This document shows positions 16,686 through 27,171 of a DNA stretch of 64,000 nucleotides, piece by piece. A program made the translations under genes and the position numbers. The notes beneath the pieces were generated by a model that made no database searches, was not told where the DNA came from, and was given only the letters and a program-made list of their open reading frames with translations. Each line of letters begins with the position of its first letter. Position 1 is the stretch's first letter. Origin of the DNA: an uncultured Rhizobium sp. (GTDB lineage Bacteria > Pseudomonadota > Alphaproteobacteria > Rickettsiales > UBA1997); assembly GCA_964444545.1 (NCBI GenBank), contig CAYUHG010000004.1, forward strand, positions 4,021-68,020. Reading direction: 5' to 3'.

Positions 16686-17990
16686 ATGACACAAAACTCT
16701 TACCTTGTACTTGCTCGCAAATATCGTCCGCAGAATTTCGATGAGCTTGTCGGTCAGGAAGTTTTGGTGACAACTCTCAGCAACGCGATCAAAAATAATA
16801 AACTGCATCACGCCTATGTTCTCACCGGAATTCGTGGCGTAGGAAAAACCACAACAGCGCGAATTATTGCTAAAACTATCAACTGCTTAAATCCTAATTC
16901 TGGCGCAGAAATTAAAGCTTGTGGAATTTGTGATAACTGCGTTGCGATCAGTGCTTCCAAGCATCAAGACGTTATTGAGATTGATGCGGCAAGTCGTACC
17001 GGTGTTGACGATATCCGCGAAATTATCGATTCCATCGCCTACGCTCCAGTAATGGCGAAGTACAAAATCTACATCATCGATGAAGTGCACATGCTTTCAA
17101 ATAGTGCATTCAATGCGCTTTTGAAAACTTTAGAAGAACCACCAGCTCACGTAAAATTTATTTTTGCCACAACTGAAATCAGAAAAGTTCCGATCACAAT
17201 TTTGTCGCGCTGTCAGCGTTTTGATTTGCGTCGTTTGGATGAATCGGAAATTGCGCTGCACTTAAAAAATATTCTCAAAAAAGAAAACCTCGAAGCTGAC
17301 GAGCAAGCTTTGGAATTGATTGCCAAAATGTCGGAAGGTTCGGTTCGTGATTCACTTTCAATGCTCGACCAAGCTTTGTCGAGCAATAATCATCAGCAAT
17401 TTTTGCCTTCAGATGTTGTCGAAAAAATGCTTGGACTTAACGACAAAGCTAAAGTTATCGAGCTTTTTGAAAGCTTGTTGATTGGTGATTTTACTGCCTC
17501 TCTGAATAAGTTCGCACAGTTTTATTCATATTCTTCTGACGTGGCGCAATTAATTGCCGACTTAATGGAAATTGTTGCCAAAACCACTTCCGTTAAATTG
17601 GTCAAAGACTACAAACTTGATGGATATTCTAAATTTCAGCAGGAAAAAATATCAGCGATTGCTGCAAAAATTTCACTCGCTGCATTGGCGCGAATTTGGC
17701 AAATGTTGCTGAAAGGTAACTCGGAAGTTAATTTTTCTAACTCGCCAAAAATGGCTTTCGAAATGCTGTTAGTGCGTATTTGTCACATGATTGCTTTGCC
17801 AGATTTGAAAGAAGTTTTGCTTGATTTGAATCAGTCGCAAAATTCTTCACCAAATGTAGTCGAAAAAATTGCGCCAATAGCAAAGATTCCCAATCCTGTT
17901 CCCGCTGAGAAAATCGGCGACACAAAAGAAATTAGCGACGAAGTTGTAAATGAAATTTTACGCAACTTCGAAGGCGCAAAAATAGTTTAA
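16686..17990 (+). CDS. dnaX: DNA polymerase III subunit gamma/tau (short form)
   Basis: LARKYRPQNFDELVGQE......L.NAI..NKLHHAYVLTGIRGVGKTTTARIIAK, with a Cys cluster (C.NC) and an SRC-like SRCQRF. Confidence 0.92.
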   Translation: MTQNSYLVLARKYRPQNFDELVGQEVLVTTLSNAIKNNKLHHAYVLTGIRGVGKTTTARIIAKTINCLNPNSGAEIKACGICDNCVAISASKHQDVIEIDAASRTGVDDIREIIDSIAYAPVMAKYKIYIIDEVHMLSNSAFNALLKTLEEPPAHVKFIFATTEIRKVPITILSRCQRFDLRRLDESEIALHLKNILKKENLEADEQALELIAKMSEGSVRDSLSMLDQALSSNNHQQFLPSDVVEKMLGLNDKAKVIELFESLLIGDFTASLNKFAQFYSYSSDVAQLIADLMEIVAKTTSVKLVKDYKLDGYSKFQQEKISAIAAKISLAALARIWQMLLKGNSEVNFSNSPKMAFEMLLVRICHMIALPDLKEVLLDLNQSQNSSPNVVEKIAPIAKIPNPVPAEKIGDTKEISDEVVNEILRNFEGAKIV

Positions 17991-18009
17991 CCAAATTTTT
18001 CGTAATTTT

Positions 18010-19062
18010 ATGGCCGAAGAAAGAAAATTAAGAATTCTGTGTGTTGAAGACGAAAACGAAATCCGTGAAAATATCGCCGAGATTTTGCGCGACGAAGGTT
18101 TCGAAGTTTTCGAAGCTGAAAATGGCAAAAAGGGTTTTGAAGTTTTTATGCAGGAAAAACCTGATTTGGTGATCTCAGACATTATGATGCCAGAAGTTGA
18201 TGGATACGGACTTCTCAAATTAATTCGCGAAGGAAAAAACGTCAAAAATAACACTACACCTTTCATTTTTCTAAGTGCTTTAGGACAAAAAGATAACGTG
18301 ATCAAAGGCGTTGGTTTATCGGCTAACGACTATTTGGTGAAGCCAATTGATTTCGATTTGATGTTGGCAAAAGTGAAAGAAAAAACGGCTAACGCTTTGA
18401 AGGTTCAAGAAGTGCATCAGCGCAGTATAGGTAATTTGAAAAGCCAAGTTGCCACAGTTTTACTAAGCGAGTTGCACGCTTATCTTGATATTATTGTTCA
18501 AACATCAGCAATTCTTAAAACCAGTCCTTATGGTGATTTTTTAAGCAATCGTACGTTAGATGATATTAATCGTATCTATCTCAACGCGGTGAAATTGAAA
18601 AGTGCGATTACTAACTCACTTGATGCTAAGGTGATTGAAGCCAAGTTAAATTCTGATGAAGAAGTTTTTTTGATAATTGATTTTATCAATGAATTTAACA
18701 GCAGTTTGAGCCAAAAAATCCGCGATAGAATTACTGTCGAACCTCCATTTGAAGCTGATAAAATGCCGAGAATTAAAGCTGATAAATCAGTTTTGATTGA
18801 TGCATTTAGAAGAATTTTTGCATCACTGTTGAAAATTGAAGCGGACGCAAAAGTTACAGTTAGCACGATGGTTGATCACTTGGATCAAATGGTGGTAATT
18901 TTTTATTTAAAAACCGCAGCAACAATTTCTGATTTTTCTTCGCGAATTGATGAAGCGCAAATCACTTCGATTTTAGATAAGCAAAATTGCATGTTCAGAG
19001 TTGTCGATGATAAAGAAAAAAGTGTGGTTGTCACGATCCCAAAACATCGTTTGACCAGATAA
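18010..19062 (+). CDS. Response regulator receiver fused to a degenerate histidine-kinase-like C-terminal domain
   Basis: The receiver has CVEDENE, the phospho-acceptor context DLVISDIMMPEVDG, and YLVKP. The C-terminal ~220 aa has an H-box-like SELHAYLDII and a kinase-fold-like tail that lacks an obvious N-box Asn. Confidence 0.65.
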   Translation: MAEERKLRILCVEDENEIRENIAEILRDEGFEVFEAENGKKGFEVFMQEKPDLVISDIMMPEVDGYGLLKLIREGKNVKNNTTPFIFLSALGQKDNVIKGVGLSANDYLVKPIDFDLMLAKVKEKTANALKVQEVHQRSIGNLKSQVATVLLSELHAYLDIIVQTSAILKTSPYGDFLSNRTLDDINRIYLNAVKLKSAITNSLDAKVIEAKLNSDEEVFLIIDFINEFNSSLSQKIRDRITVEPPFEADKMPRIKADKSVLIDAFRRIFASLLKIEADAKVTVSTMVDHLDQMVVIFYLKTAATISDFSSRIDEAQITSILDKQNCMFRVVDDKEKSVVVTIPKHRLTR

Positions 19063-19116
19063 ATCAGTTTAATTGAAAATCACCACCACTAAGGCCAGCT
19101 AGTTATATTCCAAAAA

Positions 19117-22100
19117 ATGTTTAGAAAAAAATTCCGTAAATCCAAAAAGCATTCCAAAAAAGATGAAAATCTGTTGCAGCAAATTGGATCTGGAATTGAA
19201 GAAGGTGTTAAAAATATTGGGCAGGGAATTGGTGATGGTGTAAAAAATATTGAGCAAAAAATTGAAGAAACACTCGAAGAAATTGGTAACGAGATCAATC
19301 GTGAAGTCAAAATTGTTACCAAAAAAATCAAAAAAAAGATCGACCTTTTTTACAAAATAAGTTTTACCATACTTCTTACTCTCTCAGTTGTTTTAGCCTA
19401 TTTCGTAATACTGGTTTCAACCACGCCAAAATCATTTCCTTTTGTTACCCAAAAAATTCGTGAATACATCAAACAAGATTATGGCGATGCGGTAACTTTA
19501 GAAAATACTTACATCAGCTTTACCAGATACGGTACGTTAAAAGTTGGCGTTAAGAATCTGAAAATTTCTCGTGATCTGCCTATCTCAGAAAAGATCGAAA
19601 CAAATTTTAGTAAAGCAGATAAACAAGAATTTCTGATTCCACGCCTTGATGCTGAATTCTCTTTGTTAAACTTACTTCATTCTAGTTTTATTCCCAGAAA
19701 AGTAAAAATTTCCGATCCCGAAATTATCCTAAATGATTTGTGGAATGCAAAACAGCAGGAGACGCAAGATTCTTCGAATCAAATCAACGCTGCAATTGAT
19801 GTTCTAGCACACATAAAAAAAGAGAAACTTCTTACCAAAAGTTTTGAAATCGAAAATGCCAAATTCATTCTCAGAACTCCTAACGGCAACAAAGAAATTC
19901 TGATTAAAAAGTCACAAATTCGTACCTTTGCCAAAGATGATGTTTTGTACCTTTCTTCAATAAATCAGCTCAGTTTCTCGAAAAATAGAAGTGATGTAAA
20001 TTTGAACAGCTCGTGTCAGCTGGCGCGTTACAATATTTTAAAATGCGATGTGTTTTTGGTGAATTTTATCACTAATTCAATTGCTGATTTACACCCTGAA
20101 TTAAAGCCTTTAGAGCAAATTGATGCTTCACTTAACACCGGAGTATCTTTCGTTGTTGATAACGGAAAAATTCACAACGTAACTTTTAAAGCTGATTCCA
20201 AAGCCGGCAATTTTTCTTTCCCTGAATTTTTCGGTCAAAAAATGTTTTTCTCGGATTTGGCGTTGAAAGGTGAATATGACAATGGTTTGGGAATTTTTAA
20301 TCTATCTGAAATTAAAGCCGATTTCAGAATGCATAATGATGCTGATATTGCTAATCCTCATTCGCTTAATCTGAAAACCCATCTCAACATGTCTTTGTTG
20401 ATTTCAAATTTGAAAGATTGGCCGAATCATCGCTCAGATTTTTACATCAAATTGCAAAATGCTCCAACCAATGAACTGGAAAAACTTTGGCCAGTTTATC
20501 TTCACGATTATGGCATCAGAGAATGGGTAATTACACATATAAGCGAAGGTCTGATTCGTGATGCTTATGCCAGATTTTCTTTGGTCAGAAATAATGAAGT
20601 TACTGAGTTGGAAAAAATTGATGCTGAGATGATTTTCGGTGGTTTGAAATTGAAATATAGCGAAGGTTTTCCAGAGATTTCTAAAATTAATGGTTCGGCA
20701 AAGTTCACACAAAAAGGCATGAATATTGCGGTGAATTCTGGCGATGTTTTGGGAAGTAAAATTTACGACTCTAGAGTTGTAATTGATGATTTTCATGCTC
20801 AGACAACGATGTTGAACATTCTTGGAAAATCCAAGGGTCATGCTTCTGATTCTCTAAAACACGCAGATGACAGTCCAAAATTTTCTTCAGAAGTAGAAAA
20901 ATATTTAAATGGAAATTCGCAAAATGTTTTTGATATCAGAATTCCACTTGATGGAGTTTTATCGCTTAAACGTGCTTATGTTTCAGTTAATTCTGACATC
21001 ACAAATCTGAAAAATGACTACGTTAAAGGAGCAGTAACAGCATCAGTAAAAAAAGATTTTGGCAGTGAAGATTTTAACACTTCACTAAATCTTACTAACT
21101 CTGAACTGGCGATCAAAGCCTTCAATATTGAGAAGAAATTGGGTGCGGAAGGCGGACTAAGTTTGGCAATTAATTTTCCGTCAGAAAAAGAAATTGCGCT
21201 GAAAAATATTTCTTTGTGGAAAAAAGAAGTTGTGGCGGTGGGTAAAAAATCACAAATAGTTAACGCTAAAATTAGCGGCGATTTTAAGGCTGATATCACT
21301 CCGTTCTCAATCACTTCCGCTAATATCAAAAACGAAAATTTCGGTCGTAATAGTTACGTAATTTCTTACACGACTGACAAAAAAACCTCGATGCAAAAAT
21401 TATTAATTCACGGCCAAGTTTTGGATTTAGCGCCGATGATTCAAAGTAAATTCGCCGGATTTTCTGGTGGCGGAAAAATTTACGGCAGCTCGATGGTACA
21501 AGTCGCGCTCGATAATCTTTTGCTGGCAAATTCCAAAGCGATAAAAAGTTTTTCACTTGGTTTAAAATGTGTGAATCAGTTTTGTTATTCTGGTGGTGCG
21601 ATCGGCAGCTACAATAAACGCGGCCAATCTTTGATGTTGCGATTATCCAAAAAACCGGAGGAAAAATTCTCAACAATTGAAGGACAAATTACCGACGTTG
21701 GCTATTTGGCGGAAGCTTTGGGAATTTCGAAAATTATTTCCGGCGGTAATGCGCAGGTAAAATTGCAGAATAAAATCGTGAATAAAAAATTGGTTTTGGA
21801 TGGTGAAATTGATTTGGATGACAGCATTACAATCTATGAAAATCCTACGGTGAAGCGTCTTGCCACCAATGATCTTTTCTCAAAAGTACGCGACAAAATT
21901 TTCTCGGAAGACAAAACAATTTTTAATTCGATGAAAATTCAATTTTCTTTAAGTGATGGTGTTCTCGATATCGCTTCATTAATCGCCAACAACTACAAAA
22001 TCGGCATTACCGCCAAAGGCCAAGTTGATTTGAAAAATGATGCTTACCAAATCAAAGGCATGATTGTTCCTGGCTTCATCATTAATAATCTTTTTGGTAT

Positions 22101-22281
22101 CGGTAACATTCCAATAATCGGTAACGTTGTTGGATTATTAACTGGCGGTGAGGGTGGTGGCGTATTCGGAATTCGTTATCAATACACCAAGAAAAAAACT
22201 GACAAGGAGCCAACTTTTGAAACTAACAAAGTTTCATCTTTCGTGCCGACGACGATTAAGAATTTGTTTGATTTGATTTAG
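19117..22281 (+). CDS. AsmA/YhdP-like large envelope protein
   Basis: 1054 aa. It has a Lys-rich N-terminus, one N-terminal TM helix (ISFTILLTLSVVLAYFVILV), a long beta-rich body, and a C-terminal Gly-rich amphipathic segment (GNIPIIGNVVGLLTGGEGGGVFGIRY) typical of AsmA-like C-termini. Confidence 0.55.
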   Translation: MFRKKFRKSKKHSKKDENLLQQIGSGIEEGVKNIGQGIGDGVKNIEQKIEETLEEIGNEINREVKIVTKKIKKKIDLFYKISFTILLTLSVVLAYFVILVSTTPKSFPFVTQKIREYIKQDYGDAVTLENTYISFTRYGTLKVGVKNLKISRDLPISEKIETNFSKADKQEFLIPRLDAEFSLLNLLHSSFIPRKVKISDPEIILNDLWNAKQQETQDSSNQINAAIDVLAHIKKEKLLTKSFEIENAKFILRTPNGNKEILIKKSQIRTFAKDDVLYLSSINQLSFSKNRSDVNLNSSCQLARYNILKCDVFLVNFITNSIADLHPELKPLEQIDASLNTGVSFVVDNGKIHNVTFKADSKAGNFSFPEFFGQKMFFSDLALKGEYDNGLGIFNLSEIKADFRMHNDADIANPHSLNLKTHLNMSLLISNLKDWPNHRSDFYIKLQNAPTNELEKLWPVYLHDYGIREWVITHISEGLIRDAYARFSLVRNNEVTELEKIDAEMIFGGLKLKYSEGFPEISKINGSAKFTQKGMNIAVNSGDVLGSKIYDSRVVIDDFHAQTTMLNILGKSKGHASDSLKHADDSPKFSSEVEKYLNGNSQNVFDIRIPLDGVLSLKRAYVSVNSDITNLKNDYVKGAVTASVKKDFGSEDFNTSLNLTNSELAIKAFNIEKKLGAEGGLSLAINFPSEKEIALKNISLWKKEVVAVGKKSQIVNAKISGDFKADITPFSITSANIKNENFGRNSYVISYTTDKKTSMQKLLIHGQVLDLAPMIQSKFAGFSGGGKIYGSSMVQVALDNLLLANSKAIKSFSLGLKCVNQFCYSGGAIGSYNKRGQSLMLRLSKKPEEKFSTIEGQITDVGYLAEALGISKIISGGNAQVKLQNKIVNKKLVLDGEIDLDDSITIYENPTVKRLATNDLFSKVRDKIFSEDKTIFNSMKIQFSLSDGVLDIASLIANNYKIGITAKGQVDLKNDAYQIKGMIVPGFIINNLFGIGNIPIIGNVVGLLTGGEGGGVFGIRYQYTKKKTDKEPTFETNKVSSFVPTTIKNLFDLI

Positions 22282-22282
22282 G

Positions 22283-22382
22283 AAAACCCCCGACCCCTGC
22301 GGGGCCACCCCCCTTGACAGGGGGGCAAGTTCGGCTAAGCCCCCCTGTCAAGGGGGGTGGCCCCGCAGGGGTCGGGGGGTTC
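22283..22382. repeat. Family A GC-rich nested palindromic element, copy 3
   Basis: aaaacccccgacccctgcggggccaccccccttgacaggggggcaagttcggctaagcccccctgtcaaggggggtggccccgcaggggtcggggggtt. Confidence 0.92.
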
Positions 22383-22445
22383 CGGTTCCTCCTTTAGTCG
22401 AAAATAAAATCCCACTCATCCAGTATAAAATAAAATTACTTCGTA

Positions 22446-23792
22446 ATGAAAAAAGTTAACATTATTGGCGCAGGTCTTGCTGGATCTGAAGCGGCTTGGC
22501 AATTAGCTTCACGTGGTATTGAGGTTGAAGTTTTCGAAATGCGCAACCAATCGCGCAAAACCTTCGCTCATCGTACCGACCATTTCGCCGAGTTAGTTTG
22601 CTCAAATTCACTTAGAAGTGACGACGTAAAAACGGCAGTTGGTTTGTTGCATCAAGAAATGCGCAATTTGAATTCTTTGATTATGCGTTCTGCTGACGCG
22701 AATTCTGTTCCAGCTGGATCGGCTTTGGCTGTTGATCGCGAAGGATTTTCAAAATTTATCGAAAACGAATTACTAGCGACTAAAAAAGTAAAAATTTCGC
22801 GTACTGAAATTTCAGAATTGCCGACTGAATCAAACGAAACTTGGATTGTCGCAACTGGCCCACTGACTTCTGACGCACTCAGCCAATCGATTTTAAAAAA
22901 TTCTGGCGAAGAACATTTGGCATTTTTTGACGCTATTGCTCCAATCATTTACAAAGATTCAATCGACTTTTCTAAAGCTTGGTTTCAGTCGCGCTATGAC
23001 AAAGGCAACGGTACTGATTACATCAACTGTCCGCTGACTCGCGAGCAATATTACGATTTTGTTGATGAACTTATTCGTGCTGAAAAAACTGAGTTCAAAG
23101 AATGGGAAAAAGATACGCCGTATTTTGACGGTTGTTTGCCAATTGAAGTAATGGCCGAGCGCGGAGTCGACACTTTGCGTCATGGGCCGATGAAGCCAAT
23201 CGGATTAACTAATCCGCATTTCCCGAAATCGCCGGAAGGAACAAAAAATAAAGATCGTCCAGAAAAAGCTTACGCCATTGTTCAACTGCGCCAAGACAAT
23301 AAAATAGGCACTTTGTATAATATGGTCGGTTTCCAAACTAAGATGAAATATGGCGAACAGCAACGCATTTTGAAAAAAATTCCTGGTCTTGAGAATGCTG
23401 ATTTCGCCCGTCTTGGCGGCATCCATCGCAACACTTTTATCAATTCACCAAAACTTTTGGATCAATTTTTACGTTTCAAAAAATCGCCAAATATTTTGTT
23501 TGCCGGTCAAGTTACTGGAGTTGAAGGTTACGTTGAATCAGCTTCTATGGGTCTTCTGGCGGGAATTTTTGTCGCGAGTGATTTTTCCGTTTCTGCACCA
23601 AATGCCAAAACTGCAATTGGATCATTGTTAAATCATATTACTGCTGGTCATGAAGGACTTGATTTTCAGCCGATGAATGTAAATTTCGGTTTGTTCGAAA
23701 ATTTGGAAGAAAAAACCAAAAAAACTGATCGCAAAGAAGCTTACTCGCAAAGGGCTTTGAATGAATTAGAAATATGGAGAAAAAAATTATGA
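22446..23792 (+). CDS. trmFO: Methylenetetrahydrofolate--tRNA-(uracil-5-)-methyltransferase
   Basis: 448 aa with the FAD-binding N-terminus [20 protein letters not shown]. The length and overall pattern fit TrmFO/Gid. Confidence 0.88.
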   Translation: MKKVNIIGAGLAGSEAAWQLASRGIEVEVFEMRNQSRKTFAHRTDHFAELVCSNSLRSDDVKTAVGLLHQEMRNLNSLIMRSADANSVPAGSALAVDREGFSKFIENELLATKKVKISRTEISELPTESNETWIVATGPLTSDALSQSILKNSGEEHLAFFDAIAPIIYKDSIDFSKAWFQSRYDKGNGTDYINCPLTREQYYDFVDELIRAEKTEFKEWEKDTPYFDGCLPIEVMAERGVDTLRHGPMKPIGLTNPHFPKSPEGTKNKDRPEKAYAIVQLRQDNKIGTLYNMVGFQTKMKYGEQQRILKKIPGLENADFARLGGIHRNTFINSPKLLDQFLRFKKSPNILFAGQVTGVEGYVESASMGLLAGIFVASDFSVSAPNAKTAIGSLLNHITAGHEGLDFQPMNVNFGLFENLEEKTKKTDRKEAYSQRALNELEIWRKKL

Positions 23793-24487
23793 AAAAAATT
23801 GCCACCTTATTTTTGTTAATTGCTTTGAGTTCTTGTAGCAAAAGTTGGAATTATGAGGATGGAAGTAGCGGTCCAAAACATTGGGGCGATCGCGAGGAAA
23901 ATAAGTTTTGTAAAATTGGCTATAATCAATCGCCAATCGATATTACCGCAGAATTTAACAAAGGTGATCTAGAGTTTTTTTACACCAAATCGGATGTTGA
24001 AAAAAATCGCAAAAATCATGTTCTGCAAGTTGAGTTCGACAGTCGCGATTATGTGATGCGTGGTAAAAAAAAATATCTCGTTAGACGTTTTGAATTTCAT
24101 CACCCAAGCGAGCATTTAGTTAAAGGAAAGTCGCATTCCATGGAGATGCAAATTTATCACAAAAGTGAAGATGAACAATGGTTGACAGTGACAATTTTCT
24201 TGGAAGTTGGCAAAGAAAATCCTGATTTTAAACAGGTAATTGATGTGATGAATTCGAACAGAAAAGATCTAAAAATTGATCTTTCAAATATCGTAAAAGC
24301 AAAAGACCAAACTTTTTTTTATGATGGATCTTTAACAGTGCCACCTTGCCGTGAAGGGATAAAATGGTATGTAATGAAAACACCAGTTGAGATTTCAAAA
24401 GAGCAGATGAATCAACTAATCAAGCTGGGAATTTTTGTGAAATCAAACGCCCGTCCGGTGCAAAAATTTCATCCGGAGAAATATTAG
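23789..24487 (+). CDS. Alpha-class carbonic anhydrase, lipoprotein signal
   Basis: Lipobox LIALSSC. CA motifs are W.Y....GP..W, QSPIDI, FHHPSEH and MEMQIYH. ATG 23789 overlaps the trmFO stop (ATGA) and has GGAG 9 nt upstream. An alternative start is at 23774. Confidence 0.85.
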   Translation: MKKIATLFLLIALSSCSKSWNYEDGSSGPKHWGDREENKFCKIGYNQSPIDITAEFNKGDLEFFYTKSDVEKNRKNHVLQVEFDSRDYVMRGKKKYLVRRFEFHHPSEHLVKGKSHSMEMQIYHKSEDEQWLTVTIFLEVGKENPDFKQVIDVMNSNRKDLKIDLSNIVKAKDQTFFYDGSLTVPPCREGIKWYVMKTPVEISKEQMNQLIKLGIFVKSNARPVQKFHPEKY

Positions 24488-24524
24488 CGGCGCGGCGATC
24501 AATTAATTTAGCAGAAATTAATTT

Positions 24525-25877
24525 TTACAACGCTTTCGAAAATTGTTGGGCAGAGTTCTGAAAATATTGATCGAAAACGCTGGCGACAATTCTTGAGATT
24601 TGTGGTGCGGCGGTGTTGATTTTTAAGGTATTATTTTTGAAGCGTAGCAAGCCGTCTTTCTTTAAATTGGCTAATATTTGTGAATCTTCGACTAGGTTTT
24701 TTATTTCCTCTTCTGACAAAGCAAATTTCTTCAAATCAACTTCCAAATAGCACATAATTTCATCGATTATCGCTTTGCGAATTTTATCGGACTCGCTTAG
24801 TTCGATGCCTTTGATGACGGCTAAATTTTTGTCGAAAATCGCTTTTTTATATTGCTCAAAATCTGCTGTGTTTTGCACGTAACCAAAAGGTAAATAGCTG
24901 ATGGAAGATGCGCCAAAGCCAAGTAAAATATCGGCGTTGTCAGAGCTGTAACCTTGGAAATTACGTTTCAATTTTTCGTCCACAAATGCTTGAAACATCG
25001 AGTCGTTTTTCTTGACGAAGTGATCCAGACCAATTGGAAAAAATCCGACTTCCTCCAGTTTTTTTGAAGCTTCACGAAACGTCAAAATACGCTCTTTCTC
25101 GTTGGGTAAATCGGCTTCGTTGATCAAACGCATCTGTTTCTTTTTCCATTTTACGTGAGCGTAACCAAACAAAGCGATGCGATCAGGATTCATCAACAAG
25201 CTGATGTCGATATTTTTTTTCACCATCTCGACTGTTTGTTCGGGAAGGCCGTAAATCAAATCGAAATTGATGCTGGTGATGCCATTTTGGCGCAGCATTT
25301 TTACGCAATCATAAACCACATCGAAAGATTGTTCGCGATTAATCGCTTTTTGTACATCGACATTAAAATCCTGAACGCCAATGCTGGCGCGGTTTATGCC
25401 TTCACGAGCGTAAGTTTTAATTTTCTCTTCGTTAACGTTGCGCGGATCAATTTCGATGGCGATTTCAGCGTCACTAGTAATCACAAAATGCTGACGAATT
25501 TCTTGCATAATTTCCGCAAAATCTTGCGGCAGCAAAATAGTTGGCGAGCCGCCGCCAAAGTGAATGTGTGAAACTTGCAGATTTTTTTGTGCAACTAAAT
25601 CAGCTACCAAACGAAATTCGTCGATCAAAGTGCGAACGTAATTTTCGATGGGAGCGTAGCGTTTGGTGATTGTGGTGAAACAGCCGCAATACCAGCACAT
25701 TTGCTGGCAAAATGGGATGTGAAAATAAAGTGAAATGCGCTGATTTTCCGGCAAATTTTTCAGCCAATTTTGGTAAGTTTGGCTAGTTATTTTATCGGAA
25801 AAATGCGGTGCAGTTGGATAGCTGGTGTAGCGTGGATAATTGCCGTCATATTTGAGCAGCAAATCGACATCAATCAT
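24525..25877 (-). CDS. hemN: Oxygen-independent coproporphyrinogen III oxidase (radical SAM)
   Basis: YPRYTSYPTAPHF, plus the radical-SAM CQQMCWYCGC (CxxxCxxC). 450 aa. It starts 6 nt after the cydX stop. Confidence 0.9.
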   Translation of the reverse strand: MIDVDLLLKYDGNYPRYTSYPTAPHFSDKITSQTYQNWLKNLPENQRISLYFHIPFCQQMCWYCGCFTTITKRYAPIENYVRTLIDEFRLVADLVAQKNLQVSHIHFGGGSPTILLPQDFAEIMQEIRQHFVITSDAEIAIEIDPRNVNEEKIKTYAREGINRASIGVQDFNVDVQKAINREQSFDVVYDCVKMLRQNGITSINFDLIYGLPEQTVEMVKKNIDISLLMNPDRIALFGYAHVKWKKKQMRLINEADLPNEKERILTFREASKKLEEVGFFPIGLDHFVKKNDSMFQAFVDEKLKRNFQGYSSDNADILLGFGASSISYLPFGYVQNTADFEQYKKAIFDKNLAVIKGIELSESDKIRKAIIDEIMCYLEVDLKKFALSEEEIKNLVEDSQILANLKKDGLLRFKNNTLKINTAAPQISRIVASVFDQYFQNSAQQFSKAL

Positions 25878-25883
25878 TTTGCA

Positions 25884-26012
25884 CTAATGTTTGCCACAGG
25901 CGTTTCTGCAACCACCTTGTTGAGTTTCTTGATTTATTTCATGCCACAAAGCGTTGACAATGCCGAAAGTGACGGCCAAACCAGTTCCTAAAATCCAAGC
26001 GAAATACCACAT
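25884..26012 (-). CDS. cydX: Cytochrome bd oxidase small subunit CydX
   Basis: The internal ATG at 26012 gives MWYFAWILGTGLAVTFGIVNALWHE..., nearly identical at the N-terminus to E. coli CydX (MWYFAWILGT...). It lies directly downstream of cydB. Confidence 0.85.
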   Translation of the reverse strand: MWYFAWILGTGLAVTFGIVNALWHEINQETQQGGCRNACGKH

Positions 26013-26025
26013 ATTCAGTCTCCAA

Positions 26026-27171
26026 TTAGTATAAAAATTTCGAATCTTTTTCGATGGTTTTGTCGTTAACTTTGCCGCGCAAAACATAGAAAACCCAAGA
26101 AGTGTAAGCCAAAATGATCGGTACAAAAATCAAGGCAGCGATGAACATCACAATTAAAGTGAAGTGACTGCTTGATGAATCCCAAATCATCAAAGAAGAA
26201 TTCGGATCTAAACTTGATGGCAAAATGAACGGGAACAAAGTCAAACCAACTGTGGAAATGATGCCAAAAATTGCAGTTGAATGAGCGATGAAAGCTTTGC
26301 CGAAGTTTTTAGTACGGACAAACACTAGAGTTAAAAATTCACCCAAAAAACCAAGAGCAGGGGCGATTAACATCCATTTATGTTCGCTGTAATTATCATT
26401 CCAGCCGCCAATTTCGCGGATTACTTTTTTGTTTAGCGGATTTGATTCGCCCATTGTTCCGGCGAAATCGACTAATTTGTAAGACTCAAGTGAGTTCACA
26501 AAAAGTGCGCCGAGAGCAAAAAGTGCCATGATTAAAATCGGTGAAAAATCTAAGAAACGTAAAGTGCGTTTCAAAATTTTGCCTTCGGTTTTAATGGCCA
26601 AGAAACAAGCGCCGTGAGTTGTTAGCATGATAACGCAAAACACGCCGCAGAACAAAGTGAAAGGAGAAAATAAATCAAAGAAGCCGATTTTATTTTCGAT
26701 AATCATGAAGTCGTTAAAGCTGAAAGCGACACCTTGAAGCACGTTGCCAATTGCTACGCCGAAAACCAAAGATGGAACGAATCCAGACAAGAACAAACAG
26801 AAGTCCCAAGTTTTGCGCCAAGTTTTGTTTTGAATTTTGCTGCGATAATCAAAGCCAACAGGGCGTAAAATTAGCGTGAACAAAACCAATAACATGGCGA
26901 AGTAAAAGCCAGAAAAGCTGACGGCATAAACGTAAGGCCAAGCAGCGAAAATTGCGCCACCGCCCAAGATCAACCAAACTTGGTTGCCGTCCCAAACTGG
27001 GCCGACTGAGTTTAAAACGACGCGACGTTCGATGTCTTTTTTGGCGACAAAAGGCAATAAAGTTGCCACGCCAAGATCGAAGCCGTCCATGATGGCAAAG
27101 CCAATCAACAAAACGCCAAGTAAAACCCACCAAACAATACGTAAAACTTCGTAATTAAAAAATTCTGACAT
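26026..27171 (-). CDS. cydB: Cytochrome bd-I ubiquinol oxidase subunit II
   Basis: 381 aa with MDGFDLGV..LLPF and VWDGNQVWLILGGGAIFAAWP. There is a 1-nt overlap with cydA. Confidence 0.92.
   Translation of the reverse strand: MSEFFNYEVLRIVWWVLLGVLLIGFAIMDGFDLGVATLLPFVAKKDIERRVVLNSVGPVWDGNQVWLILGGGAIFAAWPYVYAVSFSGFYFAMLLVLFTLILRPVGFDYRSKIQNKTWRKTWDFCLFLSGFVPSLVFGVAIGNVLQGVAFSFNDFMIIENKIGFFDLFSPFTLFCGVFCVIMLTTHGACFLAIKTEGKILKRTLRFLDFSPILIMALFALGALFVNSLESYKLVDFAGTMGESNPLNKKVIREIGGWNDNYSEHKWMLIAPALGFLGEFLTLVFVRTKNFGKAFIAHSTAIFGIISTVGLTLFPFILPSSLDPNSSLMIWDSSSSHFTLIVMFIAALIFVPIILAYTSWVFYVLRGKVNDKTIEKDSKFLY

Noticed and set aside
17277-17283. An A AAA AAG-like run inside dnaX, as a possible programmed frameshift site for a gamma subunit
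   Set aside because: The A6G run is read as AAA AAA GAA in the dnaX frame, so the slippery heptamer is out of register. It also lies in the N-terminal ATPase region, not at the domain III/IV boundary.
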